From NCBI GenBank assembly GCA_041946805.1, contig JBHGBC010000003.1:1-64000 (forward strand): 64,000 nucleotides of DNA, in the 5' to 3' direction. This document shows positions 61,323 to 64,000 of the stretch, in pieces; position 1 is the first letter of the stretch, and each line of letters begins with the position of its first letter. The translations under genes were made by a program, and so were the position numbers. The notes under the pieces are model-generated. The model searched no databases, was not told where the DNA came from, and worked only from the letters and a program-made list of their open reading frames with translations. The stretch comes from a bacterium (GTDB taxonomy: Bacteria > Hinthialibacterota > Hinthialibacteria > Hinthialibacterales > Hinthialibacteraceae).

Positions 61323-62633
61323 ATGTTCAAAAAACGATTATTAATTCTTGTACAATTGACAATCTTCGCTTTTCCCTGCCTTGCCGCATATGCCCAGCCC
61401 GCCATCCAGGCGGGAACCGCCCAAGTGGAAATCACTCCGCCCCTGGGTTGCCCGATGTGGGGCTACTCCAGCCGCACGGAAGGGGCCAACGGCGTGCACG
61501 ATCCGCTGATGGCCAAGGTGCTGATCCTCCAATCCACCGAAACCACCGTCGCGCTGGTCAGCTGGGATGTCTGCGAATTTCAGTCACCCTGGCTGCACCA
61601 GCAGATGAAGCCGCTGGGCATCGATCATCTCCTGCTGCTCTGCAGCCACACCCATGCCGGGCCGTTCCTGGACGCGCCGTTCCCCTCGGCGGATAAGCCC
61701 TGGAAGAAAACAGTCGAGGAACGCATCCTGAAGGCGATCCAGGAAGCGCAAGCCCACTTGTTTCCGGCTTATGTCGCCGCGGGAGAGGGTTCCATCACCC
61801 TGGGGTACAACCGCTTGCGCCGCGATCCCGACGGCTTGTCCACCACCCTGTTCGACAATCCCGAGCGCATCCCCTTCGGGCCGGTCGATCCCACCGCCGG
61901 CGTGATCCGCGTCACCGATGAGGCGGGCGCGGTTCGGGCGGTGCTCGTCCATTACGGCTGCCACGCGGTGGTGATGGGGCCCAACAATTTGAAAATCTCG
62001 GCGGATTACGTGGGGGCCATGTACCGCGCGGTGGAGAAGGAATTGGGCGGCCAGGCTCTGTGCCTTTTCGCGCAAGGGGGCGCGGGCGACATCAATCCCC
62101 TCTTCATGGCGCGCGGCGAAGGCCGCGAGGAAGATTTCGAACCGGTGGAAAAAATGGGTGGATTCCTGGCCCGGGAAGTGCTGGCGGTGCTCGAACAAAT
62201 GAAACCGGTCCGGGGTGAATCCCGCCAGCTGCGCGCGTCCGTGGAGACCGTCCAGGTCCACCAGCGCTGGGCGCCGGACAAGGACAAACTGTTGAAATTC
62301 GGGACCACCGCCGTGCTGATCAATGGGGAGATCGGCATCCTCACCCTGCCCGGTGAACCGTTTCACAAATTCCAGGTGGATACGCGCGCGCGGGCCGGTC
62401 TGCCCCACGCCTACATGTTCGGCTATTGCGACAACACCGAGCAGAACTGGCCGGATTATTATTTCCCGGACATCGAATCGGCGGCGCGCGGCGGTTATGG
62501 GGCCGGCGATTCGGGCATCGCGGAACTGGGAACCGGCGAACTGCTGGTCAACCGCGGATTGATCCAGCTCTATACCTTGCGTGGATTGCTATCCGACACT
62601 TCCAAGCCGTACCGGGTCGGCAAACCGTATTGA
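61323..62633 (+). CDS. secreted neutral/alkaline ceramidase-like hydrolase
   Basis: Signal peptide, ITPPLG, HDPLMAK, SHTHAGP, YGCHA, QGGAGDINP, PGEPF. Confidence 0.85.
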   Translation: MFKKRLLILVQLTIFAFPCLAAYAQPAIQAGTAQVEITPPLGCPMWGYSSRTEGANGVHDPLMAKVLILQSTETTVALVSWDVCEFQSPWLHQQMKPLGIDHLLLLCSHTHAGPFLDAPFPSADKPWKKTVEERILKAIQEAQAHLFPAYVAAGEGSITLGYNRLRRDPDGLSTTLFDNPERIPFGPVDPTAGVIRVTDEAGAVRAVLVHYGCHAVVMGPNNLKISADYVGAMYRAVEKELGGQALCLFAQGGAGDINPLFMARGEGREEDFEPVEKMGGFLAREVLAVLEQMKPVRGESRQLRASVETVQVHQRWAPDKDKLLKFGTTAVLINGEIGILTLPGEPFHKFQVDTRARAGLPHAYMFGYCDNTEQNWPDYYFPDIESAARGGYGAGDSGIAELGTGELLVNRGLIQLYTLRGLLSDTSKPYRVGKPY

Positions 62634-62690
62634 GCCGCATGACCCAATCCATGAGGAATCCAAATACGTTCAATCCTCCAGAATACCGTA

Positions 62691-62945
62691 GGTTCTGTTG
62701 AGTTTTTCCAGTGTCGATCAAATTACCCAAACGGAACGGATTCATCGATTGTACGAAAAGCCAATATGGCGCCCGTTCAGGGCTTCCCTCACCCTAACCC
62801 TCTCCCAGAGGGAGAGGAAATGGGTTACCTTGGTCCCGGCAATCTCCCGGGGCTGAAGCCCTGGGCTAGTTTAAAAGCGCCGTTGGCGCTGGCACGGCCA
62901 TCCCGCATTTCAGTAACTCATTCATGTCGAAAACTCAACAGAACG
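62691..62945 (+). mobile_element. MITE family 2, copy 2
   Basis: GGTTCTGTTGAGTTTT...AAAACTCAACAGAACG; collinear with 25903-26143. Confidence 0.8.
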
Positions 62946-63140
62946 TAATCCTCTTCCCGAGCGAGAAGGAATAGAAGGTTTATCCTCCAGATCAAGCCAT
63001 TTGAATACGAATCCTGTTATCTTTGTAATATGTAAATTTCATATATCAAAAATTAAATTCACAAAACAAAAATAGTCATTTTAATAAACCCCGGCGGCGA
63101 TTACAATATTCTCCATCCTATAGCGATCCATGAAAAAATT

Positions 63141-63911
63141 ATGCCTCCAACAAGCGACATCCTGGATATTTCCGTGGTTATCCCGGTGCGGGACGAGGTG
63201 GAGAATCTTCCCGCACTGGCCGGAGAACTCGAGAGTGTGTTGTCCGCTACTTCCTGGACATGGGAAGTGCTTTGGATGGATGACGGATCGGTGGATGGCA
63301 GCGGCGAATGGCTTGACTGCCTCGCCCGGGAAAAACCGGCGCACCAGGCCGTGCATCTCCAACCCGGACGGGGACAATCGATGGCCTTGTGGGTGGGATT
63401 TCAACGCGCCCGCGGCCGGGTGATCGTGACCCTGGATGGGGACGGGCAGAACGACCCCCGGGACATCCCCGGTCTGGTCCAGCGTGTTTTGGATGGCGAG
63501 GCGGACATGGTGAACGGCTACCGGCGGGAAAGGCAAGATAGCTGGAAACGGCGCATCGCGTCCTGGATCGCGAATGGTTTCCGCAACCGGATGACGGGGA
63601 AAACCGTGCGGGACGTGGGCTGCTCTCTCCGGGCGTTCCGGCGGGAATGCGTGGCGCATCTGCCGCTTTTCCAGGGGCTGCACCGGTTTCTGCCGACGTT
63701 GGCGGTGGACCAGGGATTTAGGATCCTGGAACAACCGGTGAATCACCGTCCCCGGCAAAAGGGAACCACCAAGTACTCCATCCACAACCGTCTGTGGGTT
63801 GGATTGTGGGATATCATGGGCGTGCGGTGGCTGCAAAAGCGGGGATTTTACAAATTTCTGCAAGATCCCGTGCGGGAAAACTCCCCGTCGGATAAATCCG
63901 CCTGCCGCTGA
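63141..63911 (+). CDS. glycosyltransferase family 2 (polyprenol-phosphate glycosyltransferase/ArnC-like)
   Basis: ISVVIPVRDE, DDGSVDG, LDGDGQNDP, DVGCSLRAFRR, GLHRFLP. Confidence 0.92.
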   Translation: MPPTSDILDISVVIPVRDEVENLPALAGELESVLSATSWTWEVLWMDDGSVDGSGEWLDCLAREKPAHQAVHLQPGRGQSMALWVGFQRARGRVIVTLDGDGQNDPRDIPGLVQRVLDGEADMVNGYRRERQDSWKRRIASWIANGFRNRMTGKTVRDVGCSLRAFRRECVAHLPLFQGLHRFLPTLAVDQGFRILEQPVNHRPRQKGTTKYSIHNRLWVGLWDIMGVRWLQKRGFYKFLQDPVRENSPSDKSACR

Positions 63912-64000
63912 AGCGGATGGACAAATCCTCCCCTTTCCGGATGAATCCCCTTTTTCCGAATTGGATGTAAGATTTTTCTTCTCGCTTGGCCTGTTTTCAG

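Overview
GC-rich bacterial chromosomal segment with about 45 protein-coding genes. I recognise no rRNA, tRNA, CRISPR array, prophage or autonomous transposase. Content: many secreted, Tat or lipoprotein carbohydrate-active enzymes and MFS/ABC transporters; an etfB-etfA(ferredoxin-fused)-membrane Fe-S oxidoreductase operon; an orphan motA-motB-motB' stator cluster; mutS2; ctaA; and envelope-modifying glycosyltransferases. Gene style (Tat-exported sugar enzymes, C-terminal T-x-[VI]-x-x-W-M-L-Q tails) suggests a Sumerlaeota/OLB16-like or other PVC-like diderm; this is inference only. The most striking unannotated structure is intergenic. At least six families of REP-like palindromes occur, many packaged in three distinct MITE families of about 190-265 bp. 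Three MITE copies have perfect 8-bp target-site duplications, and the same palindrome cassette appears inside two unrelated terminal inverted repeat (TIR) pairs. Other highlights: a probable chimeric junction fusing DnaX to a secreted-type protein, a candidate C-terminal sorting signal, two candidate structured RNAs upstream of motA, an Sm/Hfq-like small protein and a pilin-leader polytopic membrane protein.
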